Shown: positions 52,305 through 61,442 of the stretch, piece after piece
Layout: each line of letters starts with the position of its first letter
How positions within the stretch are numbered: position 1 is the stretch's first letter
Virus record (IMG/VR): IMGVR_UViG_3300015371_000002
Location: 60,251-124,250 of that record
Reading direction: 5' to 3' (one strand)
DNA: 64,000 nt
DNA from: a virus
Position numbers and translations under genes: made by a program
Notes under the pieces: generated by a model
The model's input: the letters and a program-made list of their open reading frames with translations, nothing else
What the model was told of the DNA's origin: nothing
Databases searched by the model: none

Positions 52305-53095
52305 CACGGGCACCACGACGGCACGGGCTGGCGATACGGCGACGCCGGCCGCGCGGGAGGTTTATCTTGCTCGCTGCGTTGGTCACGATAACGGACGTAA
52401 TTCAGACACCAAGTGCGCCAGGAAGCTCCCCAGTCTGCGCTGTCGGTTCCGTTGGCCTGATGGTAGGCCACGAAGCGCGCTATTTCTGCGAGCGGGACGC
52501 CCCGTTCGGTGGCGAAGGCGCTTGCCTTTCCGTCCGCGGACCAGTCCTCCGGGATCGTCGTTCTGCTGCGTGGCTTCGGAGTAGCCTTTTGGCGCTTCGG
52601 TTTCCCGCGCGCGCGATAAGACTCCAAACTATGAATATTAGATTCTGGTTCTTTCCTTGGTTCATTGGATAGATTCCCTCCCTGATTTGGGAGGGGGGGG
52701 GATCCATTTTTGGTAGCCCCCCCTTCCGTATTTGGTATCCCCACCTCTTCCGTTTTTGGTATCCCCTCCCCTTCCATATTCGGTAGGGGGACCCCTTCCG
52801 CATTTGGTAGGGGGGTATCTCCGATTTTGAGACGATACTCAGCGCTGAGGTGGGGCTTGCTGGCATCATCGCCAGGCCGCAGACACCGCTCGGTGAGACC
52901 TGAAGCGCAGAGAGCCGAGAGGGCCTTGCGGACCGTCTTTGGATTGAGATGCGTTCGGCGGCAGATTGTCTGGATAGAGGGGAAGGCGCGTTCGCCCTCT
53001 TTATTGGCATACCAAGCAAGACAGACTAACACCAGCTTGGCGGCACTCGTGGGGCATTCCTGCTCCCACGCCCAAGACTGTGCGCTGAAGCTCAT
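52304..53095 (-). CDS. HTH replication initiator (lambda O-like architecture)
   Basis: AKLVLVCLAWYAN...AFPSIQTI...KTVRKAL; internal repeats; C-terminal ADWGASWRTWC; TGATG coupling to the primase gene. Confidence 0.8.
   Translation of the reverse strand: MSFSAQSWAWEQECPTSAAKLVLVCLAWYANKEGERAFPSIQTICRRTHLNPKTVRKALSALCASGLTERCLRPGDDASKPHLSAEYRLKIGDTPLPNAEGVPLPNMEGEGIPKTEEVGIPNTEGGATKNGSPPLPNQGGNLSNEPRKEPESNIHSLESYRARGKPKRQKATPKPRSRTTIPEDWSADGKASAFATERGVPLAEIARFVAYHQANGTDSADWGASWRTWCLNYVRYRDQRSEQDKPPARPASPYRQPVPSWCP
52680..52822 (-). repeat. iteron-like direct repeats (putative replication origin)
   Basis: Five to six copies of TACC(A/G)AA-N3-GGAAG(G/A)GG at 21-24 bp spacing inside the initiator gene. 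Confidence 0.7.
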
Positions 53096-53231
53096 GGCGT
53101 GGCATCCACGCCGCGCCATTGCACGACGTTGGCAGCCTGCACCCATAGGAATGCTGCCCAGCGGGCTTCAAGCCGAGAATGATAGCGGCGACCGCGATAG
53201 ACGGTCGGGATAGCCGCTATCCAGTAGCCGC

Positions 53232-53591
53232 TCATGCGTCGACTCCGGGTTCGGTTGTGGGAAGGCCGCTGCGCACGGGCGGATCCAGCAGATGAAAGCG
53301 GCTGACCCCGTGGGCGACCGGCTCGGCGCGGACCAGATGCTTCTGCTCCAGCGACTCGATCGCGCGGTAGACATTGGCGCGTTGGCCGCTGCGGCTGATG
53401 TGGTCGGCGATGGCCTGGATGGTCAGCCGGCAGCTATTGCCGTCGGCCCGTCCGACGAGGACCGCATAGACCAGTTGCTGGAAAGTGCTGAGATCTGGCG
53501 TGGCGAGCGCCGCCATGACCCGGCTGGTGCCCGTGGGCGCCTCGCCGATACCACCCCTAGTGCCTGTCGCGAAAGAATCATCAAATATCAC
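53232..53591 (-). CDS. winged-HTH protein
   Basis: LTIQAIADHI...NVYRAIESLEQKHLV. Confidence 0.6.
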   Translation of the reverse strand: MIFDDSFATGTRGGIGEAPTGTSRVMAALATPDLSTFQQLVYAVLVGRADGNSCRLTIQAIADHISRSGQRANVYRAIESLEQKHLVRAEPVAHGVSRFHLLDPPVRSGLPTTEPGVDA

Positions 53592-53686
53592 ACCGACCGC
53601 CTTGATTTTGGCGTTCGCGTGTGCGAAAAGGCGCTTGCGAGGGCGACCTGTTTTCGCACCATGCGAACGCTAGGTTAATCTAACAG

Positions 53687-53718
53687 ACGCCGCCGGGACC
53701 CAACCCCGGCGGCGTTTT
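53687..53718. terminator. GC hairpin, probable terminator
   Basis: ACGCCGCCGGG-acccaac-CCCGGCGGCGT followed by TTT. Confidence 0.6.
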
Positions 53719-53871
53719 GCGTTATACGCCTATCAGCCCCCGTTGCAAGCGAACATCGCCAATTTCCCCATATGGCAACCCATCATTGCGGGGGATAAGT
53801 GGCGTTCGCCTATCAGGCGTTGCATCGTGCGTCAGTATGCAGCAAGTTGCACGCGAAATACCGTCGCAGGA

Positions 53872-54324
53872 CTACCCCGTCTGGTTGCTTAATGGCGCGT
53901 CGTTATCACTGACTAGGTGCGGCCTTTCGCCACGCACAACCGTCTGCTGGATTGACAGCTCCGTAATACGATGGTTAGCCACCTCCAGTTGTTCGCCTAG
54001 GACCTGCAGCGCTTCGTTCAACTGGCTGATCCGCATATGGTCCTGCCGCGTCTGCGCCTGTCGCTCAACGGCGGCATCGGGCCGTGGCGGGAAGAAGGCG
54101 CGGCCATGACCGCCCCGTAGTTGCAGGACGCGCTCCCGCTCGCTGGCCAATTGCTCGCGCAACTGGCGGGCCTGGTCGTGCACTGCGGCGAGTTCGCGGT
54201 CTTTTCCGTCGATCAATAGCCAGGCCTGCTCGAGCTCGGCCCGCAGTCGTTTGGTCAACTCACTGGCGTTGGCGCGCATGTGCGAATCGCATTGCTTCCG
54301 GTTGTGGTTCTGCGACTGTGGCAA
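53872..54324 (-). CDS. coiled-coil hypothetical protein
   Basis: Heptad pattern. Confidence 0.5.
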   Translation of the reverse strand: MPQSQNHNRKQCDSHMRANASELTKRLRAELEQAWLLIDGKDRELAAVHDQARQLREQLASERERVLQLRGGHGRAFFPPRPDAAVERQAQTRQDHMRISQLNEALQVLGEQLEVANHRITELSIQQTVVRGERPHLVSDNDAPLSNQTG

Positions 54325-54368
54325 ATAGGTAACGGGTGGCCAAGCGGCAAATACCGCTCGGAGGTATG

Positions 54369-54710
54369 TTACCTGGGCGCGTTGGGCGGCGGGCGCCGGA
54401 GGCTGAACAGGCGCTCCTGGATGCGGTGGTGAGCCGCCTCCAATTCTTCATTCATGATTTGTAATTCTTCATTGATGTGGCTGTGTTTTTCGTCTTCCAG
54501 AAGCCGGTGAACCTCAGTGGCGGCTTTGCTTAAGTCGTGCTCGAGGCTATGCCGCTGCTGCATTTCGCTGACCAGCATGCCGCGCAGCCGTCGGTTTTCG
54601 GCATGCTGCGCTGCAATGTCCGACTCCAAAGTTTCGATATATTTCCTCGCAACATTCAGCTCTTCGGTCAGGCTGCGCGTAAGTTCGCTCTGCCGTGTCC
54701 GGACTATCAT
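54369..54710 (-). CDS. coiled-coil hypothetical protein
   Basis: NEELQIMNEELEAA segment. Confidence 0.5.
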   Translation of the reverse strand: MIVRTRQSELTRSLTEELNVARKYIETLESDIAAQHAENRRLRGMLVSEMQQRHSLEHDLSKAATEVHRLLEDEKHSHINEELQIMNEELEAAHHRIQERLFSLRRPPPNAPR

Positions 54711-54985
54711 ATGCCACCCACGCTACTCTGGCGGGAGGTAGGGTATAGTTATTCGCCGTGAATACAAGCGTTGCCGGTTGCAACGCCCAGCGAAGCGGCA
54801 ATCAACGCTTAGCGAGGCGGGTGGGCTAAGCGTTTATGGCAAAAGGATTACAAGCCACAGCACCCCTAGACCGGCGACCAGATTAACGCTGGCCAGCCAC
54901 GTCAGGGTGCCTAGCCTACGCTCAATCATGGTTAGCTTGCGCTCGATACTCATGGTTCTCTCAAATAAAAGCATAACGCTGCTCC

Positions 54986-55162
54986 TTATTTTTTCTTCGT
55001 TGCTCCGTGGTGCTCGCAGTCCTGCTCGCTAAGCACCTGATCAATCATGCGGCGTATTGATTCAGCGCGACTCGGTAGATCGGATTGCTGTCGCCGCCAA
55101 TCGTCAATCTGCCGAACCATGTCGGGCGACAGTTTAAGCGTCAGCGCGTGAGTGAGAGGCAT
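54986..55162 (-). CDS. ribbon-helix-helix regulator (paralog of 46868..47038)
   Basis: HALTLKLSPDMVRQIDDWRRQQSDLPSRAESIRRMI. Confidence 0.75.
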   Translation of the reverse strand: MPLTHALTLKLSPDMVRQIDDWRRQQSDLPSRAESIRRMIDQVLSEQDCEHHGATKKK

Positions 55163-55174
55163 TTTCACAATCCC

Positions 55175-55203
55175 TTGACACTTGGGGTGCCCCAATATAT
55201 GTG
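55175..55203 (+). promoter_or_regulatory. sigma70-like promoter with palindromic operator
   Basis: TTGACA at 55175, TTGGGG-TG-CCCCAA at 55182-55195, then TATATGT; lies between divergent genes. Confidence 0.6.
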
Positions 55204-55281
55204 ATGCTCGGTCACTCAGAGAAGCCCGATCAACGGAAATGGTTCCAGCGACGGATCCGCGAATGACCAGGAGCGAAAACA

Positions 55282-56247
55282 ATGGTTCAGTTCACTATTG
55301 ATCTGGCCTCAACGTCATCGGCTGCCTTCGGCAACCTCATCGAGCAGTTCGAGAAATGGAAGCAGGACTCTCCGCCTGCACCGTTTGGCCTGACGACGGG
55401 TATCCATACGATTACCCCTGAGCAGGCCGAGGAGCTGCTGAAGCGCAATCGGAAGAACCGTTCAGTTGATATGAGGACGGTTCAAAACTATGCCGTCCAA
55501 CTGATGCGGCAAGAGTGGAAGATTACTGGACAGCCCGTGATCTTTACTGAGCAGGGCAACCTCTTGGACGGGCAGCACCGTTTGTGGGCTTGCTATCTGA
55601 GCGGAGTGCCGATCACCACATATGTGGTAACCGGCATCCCCGATCAGGATAACCTGTTCGCCTACGTCGACAATTGTCGGCCACGCTCGGCCGGCGATGC
55701 TTTGCAGACTGCTGGGTTGAATGGCCTCGCCAAGCACGTGGCGGCAGTCATTCAGGAGTTCGCTCATCGCTATGATGAAGGAGCGCTCGGCGTATCTGGC
55801 CGTGTCTTCGGTATGACGTTGTCCAACCGCGAAGTGCTTGGTTACATGCAGGACCATCCTGACCTGATGGATGTCGCCCGCTATGTAGACAAGATGCACA
55901 AGCAGGCGAAGGCCAAGTTGGGCGCCTCGATCACTACGTTCCTGGCATGGAAGATCGAACAGCTCTATGGCCGGGAGACTGTCGATGAGTTCTTTCACTC
56001 ACTCATCGCAGTTGATTTGCCTAACGACCATCCGGTCACGATGCTGCGCAAGTATATCGAACCGCCGACCCTGACGCCGAAACAGCGGCAGGCAGGCATT
56101 ACCGCGAAGCAACCTCCGGCAAAGACCCGGCTGGCCATGGCCATCGCTGCCTTTAATGCGGTGCAGTCTGGTCAGCGCCTTAAGAAGCTGCAGATCGACC
56201 CGATGAATTCTTACGTCATCAATGAGCCGGTTGCGCAGGCAGCCTAA
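55282..56247 (+). CDS. ParB-like N-terminal domain protein
   Basis: ITPEQAEELLKRN..NR...W...GQPVIF...LLDGQHRLWA. Confidence 0.8.
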   Translation: MVQFTIDLASTSSAAFGNLIEQFEKWKQDSPPAPFGLTTGIHTITPEQAEELLKRNRKNRSVDMRTVQNYAVQLMRQEWKITGQPVIFTEQGNLLDGQHRLWACYLSGVPITTYVVTGIPDQDNLFAYVDNCRPRSAGDALQTAGLNGLAKHVAAVIQEFAHRYDEGALGVSGRVFGMTLSNREVLGYMQDHPDLMDVARYVDKMHKQAKAKLGASITTFLAWKIEQLYGRETVDEFFHSLIAVDLPNDHPVTMLRKYIEPPTLTPKQRQAGITAKQPPAKTRLAMAIAAFNAVQSGQRLKKLQIDPMNSYVINEPVAQAA

Positions 56248-56296
56248 CGGATGGGGGCGGCGGAGACGCCGCCCTTCATTCTCTGGAGCACGTGTC

Positions 56297-57322
56297 ATGA
56301 GATACGAACTACACCCGGCCTGCGCTGCGTTCCCGCCGATGTCTGATAAGGAACTGAGGAAGCTTGCCGAGGACATTAGATTCAATGGTCTGATGGAGCC
56401 CATCACACTGCTTGATGGCAAGGTGCTCGATGGACGCAATCGCATGCTGGCGTGCGAAATGGTGGCCATGGAGCCGGATACCCAGGACTTCAATGAGAAG
56501 TTCCGTGGCTTCGATCCGATCCGGTTCGTGCTGGCGAAGAATGAACGCCGACGGCATCTGCCGGCTAACGAACGCGCGATGATTGCTGAGACGCTGGCCG
56601 CAATAGCTAAGGGCCAGAAAAAGTCAGATAGAGTAATTACTCTATCTGAGGCTCTGACGCAGGAAGAGGCCGCAGAAGAGATGGGCGTAAGCGTGCAGGC
56701 AATCAAAGATGCACGCACAGTTAAGAAGAACGCCGCTCCGAATGTCATCGACATGGTGCGTAAGGGCGATGTCGGTATGCAGGTTGCTGCCCGTGCCGCG
56801 TCAGCCACACCATTGCAAGAACAGGCGAAGTGGAAGTCGCCGAAGGATGTGCGCGCCGCATTCGAAGCACAGCGGCCAACTAACCGGAGACCATCCACGG
56901 ATCAGAAGGCACCAAGGAGAAACACCCGACAAGAGGCATGGGAGCGGAGGATTAATCGCCCTGCATTCCGATCGCTTCCACCGGAAGAAACAGGCAAGCC
57001 GGTGGGCCTAGAGGCGTTAGAACCAGACCCGGATAACCCTACCGTCACCATTGGGTTCTCGCATATTGCCAAACACGGAATGGTGCAAATCCTACCGATC
57101 ACAGAACAGCAGCGCATGGACTTTCGCGCGAAACTCTATGATCTGACGGGCGCAATGAAGGACCTCGCCAACAAGGAGTGTGCGACCGCAGAGGAGTTTG
57201 TGACGCTTCTGACAGAAAAGGAGCGGGCGCCATTCTTACGCCAATGGTCGGACTACATCAGCAAGATCGAGCAAACGATTCAGACATTGAGCGGGCTGAT
57301 TGAACGTGAGAAAGCAGCATAA
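56297..57322 (+). CDS. ParB/Srx domain protein with HTH
   Basis: LHPACAAFPPM...LAEDIRFNGLMEPI...LDGRNR...NERRRHL; TQEEAAEEMGVS. Confidence 0.8.
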   Translation: MRYELHPACAAFPPMSDKELRKLAEDIRFNGLMEPITLLDGKVLDGRNRMLACEMVAMEPDTQDFNEKFRGFDPIRFVLAKNERRRHLPANERAMIAETLAAIAKGQKKSDRVITLSEALTQEEAAEEMGVSVQAIKDARTVKKNAAPNVIDMVRKGDVGMQVAARAASATPLQEQAKWKSPKDVRAAFEAQRPTNRRPSTDQKAPRRNTRQEAWERRINRPAFRSLPPEETGKPVGLEALEPDPDNPTVTIGFSHIAKHGMVQILPITEQQRMDFRAKLYDLTGAMKDLANKECATAEEFVTLLTEKERAPFLRQWSDYISKIEQTIQTLSGLIEREKAA

Positions 57323-57503
57323 AGGAGCCAGTGTGATGAACGAAGAGGCATCTGGATTAGCGCACGAGATCGAACATCTGATGCGATCAATTAGACTGAC
57401 AGATCCAAAGAAATTTGTCGAGCTTTGCGATTTGCTCGGGGTTGATCCGGAGGATTTTGACAAGTTCCTTAAGGAGGACGTTGCGCGCCAGGATAATTGA
57501 GCA

Positions 57504-57770
57504 ATGATTGACAAAGAGGCTGCTGAATTGGCGGTTGCTGCTCTGCTTGAAGCACGCCAAGTCGCGCTGGAAAGGGCGGCTCGGTTGCGCGCTGATGCAC
57601 CGGACCCACGCGGTCGAGTTCGCCTTACGCTGATTAGACAGGCTGTTTCGCTGGAGCGAAATGCCAGACTGCTCTCTGGCGTTATTGACACTCTTAAGGC
57701 GTGGGAAGCGCGCGACCAGACGCTCCGGCGGTTCGCTCATTACACTTTAAAGGGAGAAGGAAATGACTGA
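57504..57770 (+). CDS. hypothetical protein
   Basis: Operon packing. Confidence 0.45.
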   Translation: MIDKEAAELAVAALLEARQVALERAARLRADAPDPRGRVRLTLIRQAVSLERNARLLSGVIDTLKAWEARDQTLRRFAHYTLKGEGND

Positions 57771-58227
57771 GGACACCCTGTTCCCGATGTCGCCGCGGCG
57801 TGCGGTGAACAAGACACGCAGCGTGCGGGCCGATGACATACTCCTGACTTTGTTATTAACCGACCTGGAACGTGCCGAGCTTAAATGGAATACGCCTGGG
57901 CCTAGCAATGAAATGGGCGGCTATCAGAGATGCGAAAACGAGGCGATCACTCGGGCGGATGGGCATGCAGAAACCGTCCCTGGCAAATTCTATAAGATCG
58001 ATGTCGATAAAGACTTTTGGTGGATGTTGACTCGCTACATCCAACGTCATGAGGGGGGTGGACCCAACGAGCGACTCCGTAGGGCGTTCCGTAGGTATAT
58101 CGGCGAAGGCGTCGGCTTCTGCAAAGCATGCGACGCCGCCGCAGTGAGGCCAGACGGATTTGGCGCGCCCGTTCCCAAGAAACACTGTCTGGGATGCGGC
58201 AGACCGCTCTGGACGCTGAAGGCTTAG
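57763..58227 (+). CDS. hypothetical protein with C-terminal CxxC pairs
   Basis: GGAGAAGG RBS; CKAC...CLGCG. Confidence 0.55.
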   Translation: MTEDTLFPMSPRRAVNKTRSVRADDILLTLLLTDLERAELKWNTPGPSNEMGGYQRCENEAITRADGHAETVPGKFYKIDVDKDFWWMLTRYIQRHEGGGPNERLRRAFRRYIGEGVGFCKACDAAAVRPDGFGAPVPKKHCLGCGRPLWTLKA

Positions 58228-58860
58228 CTCATCATGACCGTCGTGAGCGCACCCACGACATGCCGCGAATGTCGCGGATGGTTCTGGTGGCGCCCACGTG
58301 ACACGAATGCCACATGGACGTGCTGGGGCTGTTCCCCGCCGGACTACGGCTGGACCTGCGCCACGGTGGAGATAAGGAACGCGCGGCGCGACGTCTCGGC
58401 ATGAGTGACAGCCCTGTCCCACCGAAGCCCCTCATGGGGCCCGCGAAGGCCCGCGATATAGCGCGTGACTTCAAGGCATGGTCCGAACATCTGCACGAAC
58501 TTGGCCTGACCGCCGAGGCCAGCCGGGCAGAACGCGACAGTCAATGGTGGCTCATTTACAGCATAGCTCTGTCGCAGATCCCGCCCGGGCGCGTCGAAAC
58601 ATAATCCCACCACCTCCGCCGTTCATTACGTGTCAGTGCGCAACGGAATTGCTCCCTCCTGGAAACAGCGTTGCACGCCGCGTCGAAAGTGTTGACGCAA
58701 TTCGTCGATATATGGATGACTATATACTGTGCTGCCACACAGCATGACGCGTCGATGCGTTACCGTCCCATATGGTCTCTCTCAGGGTCGGTGATCTGCC
58801 TCGCGCGTCCCCTGTTTAATGCTCCGGGCTCGTGGGCCGGAACTTGAGGGAGAACGTCGC

Positions 58861-59721
58861 ATGGCAACGCGTCCTATTCGCCGTAATCAGCGCAAGCCGA
58901 ACCGTCCATCGCCCGACCGCCAAGAGCCAGAAGATGAAGTGCCAGTCACGCCAGAAATCGAAGAAGAGGCTCCGCTCGCACCAGCTTCGCTGACAGCGCT
59001 GCTGTCCACCGCTCCGGTCTATACTCAATTCGACATTTGGTTGGTGGGTGACACGCCGCTGATCTGCCACGCGTGGTCGCTCAAGGCGCGGCTAGAGATG
59101 CTTGCGACCCAGACCAAGGCCGTGCGAGACACCAAAGTTGCGCGTGATCCGCAGGCCGATTTCATCAGCTCGCTATACGAGATGTCGGAAGGCAGTGGAG
59201 AATACGGCTTTCCGCTGACCGGGATTAAGAACTGCATTCTGTCGATGGCGCATAAGGATCGCGGTGTTCCGCGAACCACAGTGCGTGCGTCACTGCAATT
59301 GCGCGGGAACATCGTTCGGGTGCGGCCAGCGTTAGCAGGTGCGATATGCGATATGCCGCTTTGCCGGATCTACGGCGGGAAGCCAGAGATGCGCGAGGAT
59401 ATGGTGCGGGTAGGAGCGGGGCTTCGTAAGAAAGCGACCCTTGCCTATCGTGCCCAATTTTGGCCCTGGGCTATCCGCATCGCGGGGCGGGTCAATACGC
59501 GGATGCTGCCCAGCGAGGCGTTGGTCTTTCTCGCTAGGGAAGGCGGCAGCGCTACTGGCATCGGCGAATGGCGCAACGAGAGGGATGGCATCTTTGGTGC
59601 CTTCCACCCGGCTCGCGTAAACGAGGCAGACGCATGGGGGAAATTTGCCAGTGGCAAGGGGCCGTTGCCACACGTCGAACCCTGGGTTGGGCTGGATTCT
59701 GACGAGAGCGAGGCGGCGTAA
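58861..59721 (+). CDS. stand-alone Cas7/RAMP-like RNA-binding protein
   Basis: IWLVGDTPLICH (RAMP first strand, cf. TPLHIG), YGFPLTGIKNCI (cf. IPGSSLKG), C-terminal Gly-rich loop GGSATGIGEWRNERDGIFGAF; GAGGGAG RBS before ATG 58861. Confidence 0.7.
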   Translation: MATRPIRRNQRKPNRPSPDRQEPEDEVPVTPEIEEEAPLAPASLTALLSTAPVYTQFDIWLVGDTPLICHAWSLKARLEMLATQTKAVRDTKVARDPQADFISSLYEMSEGSGEYGFPLTGIKNCILSMAHKDRGVPRTTVRASLQLRGNIVRVRPALAGAICDMPLCRIYGGKPEMREDMVRVGAGLRKKATLAYRAQFWPWAIRIAGRVNTRMLPSEALVFLAREGGSATGIGEWRNERDGIFGAFHPARVNEADAWGKFASGKGPLPHVEPWVGLDSDESEAA

Positions 59722-60225
59722 ATGGCAGAACAGTGGACGGTTCATCAAAATAGCGCACTGCGCAATGTCAAAAATCGCACTCAGCTTGACCCATCGCGCG
59801 TCGGTCCGGAACTGCAGCGGCACCCGACCAACGAAACGGCGCTGGAGGCAGCAAAATCCAACCGCAATCCGCTCCATCGGCATTTGGAGTGGGATGACGC
59901 TGTCTGTGGCGTCGCGCATCGTCTCGGACAGATCGCCGCGCTGCGATCATGCATCCGTCTATACGATGAGGAAACCGATGAGGTTCATCGCGCCTTCATC
60001 TCGTTGACTGACGATGAAGATCGCCACCGGGCGCGATATTACAGCCGCCAGCAGGTTCTCGACTCGATCGAGATTCAACGGCAGGTGCTACGAAAATGGA
60101 TCACCCGCTTCGAAGCGATTCAATCGGATCTGTCCGAAATGGAAGACCTGTGCCAAGCGGCGAAGGACTTTGGCCAACGACTAAGGGATCGGCTGCAATC
60201 GTTTGAAGCACGCCCATCGGAATGA
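59722..60225 (+). CDS. partner protein of the RAMP-like gene
   Basis: Starts on the base after the previous stop; LEAAK...NPLHRHLEWDD...HRL motif; C-terminal coiled coil. Confidence 0.75.
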   Translation: MAEQWTVHQNSALRNVKNRTQLDPSRVGPELQRHPTNETALEAAKSNRNPLHRHLEWDDAVCGVAHRLGQIAALRSCIRLYDEETDEVHRAFISLTDDEDRHRARYYSRQQVLDSIEIQRQVLRKWITRFEAIQSDLSEMEDLCQAAKDFGQRLRDRLQSFEARPSE

Positions 60226-60251
60226 TGGCAAGAAAAACCAACAAGATTTTT

Positions 60252-61116
60252 GGCGGGGGGCGGCTCTGCTCTCCCTGGCTTGGCGGGGCGCGACCCGTCT
60301 CGGCCGGCTTGTCCGGGAATGGCGCGTCAGAGGCTGGGCACGGCTCAGCACTGCTGTGCCAGGCAGGCACGGCGCGGCTCGGCGGGTCCCTGCAAAACAT
60401 GGCCTCTCTCAGCGTGGCGGGGCAGGTCTCGGCAGGCATGGCGCGGCATGGATTGCGTGGCTTGGCCCTGCAGTGCCCGGAATTGCTCGTCTTTGCACGG
60501 CCGACATGGCTAGGCTGGGCCGAGCATGGCTGGGCTGGCCCCGGCGTGGCTCGTCTCGGTGTGCAAGGCAGGCACGGCTCGGCGGTGCGGGACCCGTCTC
60601 GGCAATGCCAGGCAGGGCCGGGCTCGTCATACCAAGGCAGGCGCGGCGCGGCCAGGCTAGGATGGCGGTGCTCAGCATTGCTCGGCATGGCCCGGCATGG
60701 CTTGGCAGGCAGGCTCGGCAAGTCTCAGCGTGCCTCGGCCTGGCATGGCGCACGGCATTGCTCAGCTGGTCTTGGCAGGCATGTCAGGTATCGGCAAGTC
60801 CGGGCAAGGCACGTCACAGCGTGGCTTGGCAGGCAGAGCGCGGCTCGGCGCAACGTAGCTTGGCCCGCCATGGCAGGTCTCTGGCATGGCGTGGCGGGTC
60901 GAGGCAGGCACGGCGGGTCCAGGCAAATTCTGGCCAGGCTGAGCTCGGCCCGGCGGTGCACGACGTGGCAAGGCCGGAAAGGTTCGGCACGGCATGGAGT
61001 GGCTTGTCTGGGCACGTCATTACTGGGCGTCGCTGGGCATGACTTGGCAGGCACGGCTAGGCCTGTCACGGCAAGACTCAGCAAGGCCAGGCATGGCGAA
61101 GCGTGTCCCGGCTCGG
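60252..61116 (+). ncRNA. array of ~69-nt units made of GGC-NN pentamers (putative guide-RNA array)
   Basis: 4-nt phase breaks GGCA/GGCC at 60302, 60362, 60431, 60499, 60567, 60636, 60704, 60774, 60828, 60903, 60972, 61046; spacings 60,69,68,68,69,68,70,54,75,69,74; a typical unit is 4 + 13x5 nt. Confidence 0.8.
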
Positions 61117-61146
61117 GGCGGTTGGCAGCAATAGTTGCCAGCCGCC
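61117..61146 (+). terminator. hairpin closing the pentamer array
   Basis: GGCGGTTGGCAGC-AATA-GTTGCCAGCCGCC, 13-bp stem with two G-U pairs on the plus strand. Confidence 0.7.
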
Positions 61147-61160
61147 TCTGCTGTCATAAT

Positions 61161-61442
61161 TCAGTCCAGGTGATACACCCGACTGGCATCGTCCGCCGCG
61201 CGGTCCTTCATTAGCTCGATGCGCAGTTTGTCGCGATCGAACGGTGGCGCGTATTGGGCGATGGCGTCGATCAGTGGGTCTGGATTGTAGCGGAACTCGT
61301 TGGGCGAACTGCCGAGTGACAGCACCGGCCCTGCATCACCGTGCCTTTCCAATTCGACGACGCAGAAGAAAGTGCGCAGTGGCGGATCCCAGCCGATGAC
61401 CATGTAGTCGCCGCCATCAGGCTCGAGGTGGCATTTGCTCAT
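61161..61442 (-). CDS. hypothetical protein
   Basis: VIGWDPPLRTFF; overlaps the end of the RuvC-like gene. Confidence 0.6.
   Translation of the reverse strand: MSKCHLEPDGGDYMVIGWDPPLRTFFCVVELERHGDAGPVLSLGSSPNEFRYNPDPLIDAIAQYAPPFDRDKLRIELMKDRAADDASRVYHLD

Noticed and set aside
60252-61116. Canonical CRISPR array
   Set aside because: No identical 23-47 nt repeat alternating with unique spacers; constant and variable bases are interleaved at 5-nt scale.
60302-61116. Self-targets of array units within this window
   Set aside because: A gapped search cannot be done reliably by eye; no match is claimed.
60101-61214. Long overlapping ORFs in the pentamer array (60203..61042, 60222..61214, 60101..60721 and others)
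   Set aside because: Low-complexity Ala/Arg/Gly/Trp translations in several frames on both strands; a 5-nt period is not codon-compatible, and stop codons are simply rare in GGC-NN repeats.
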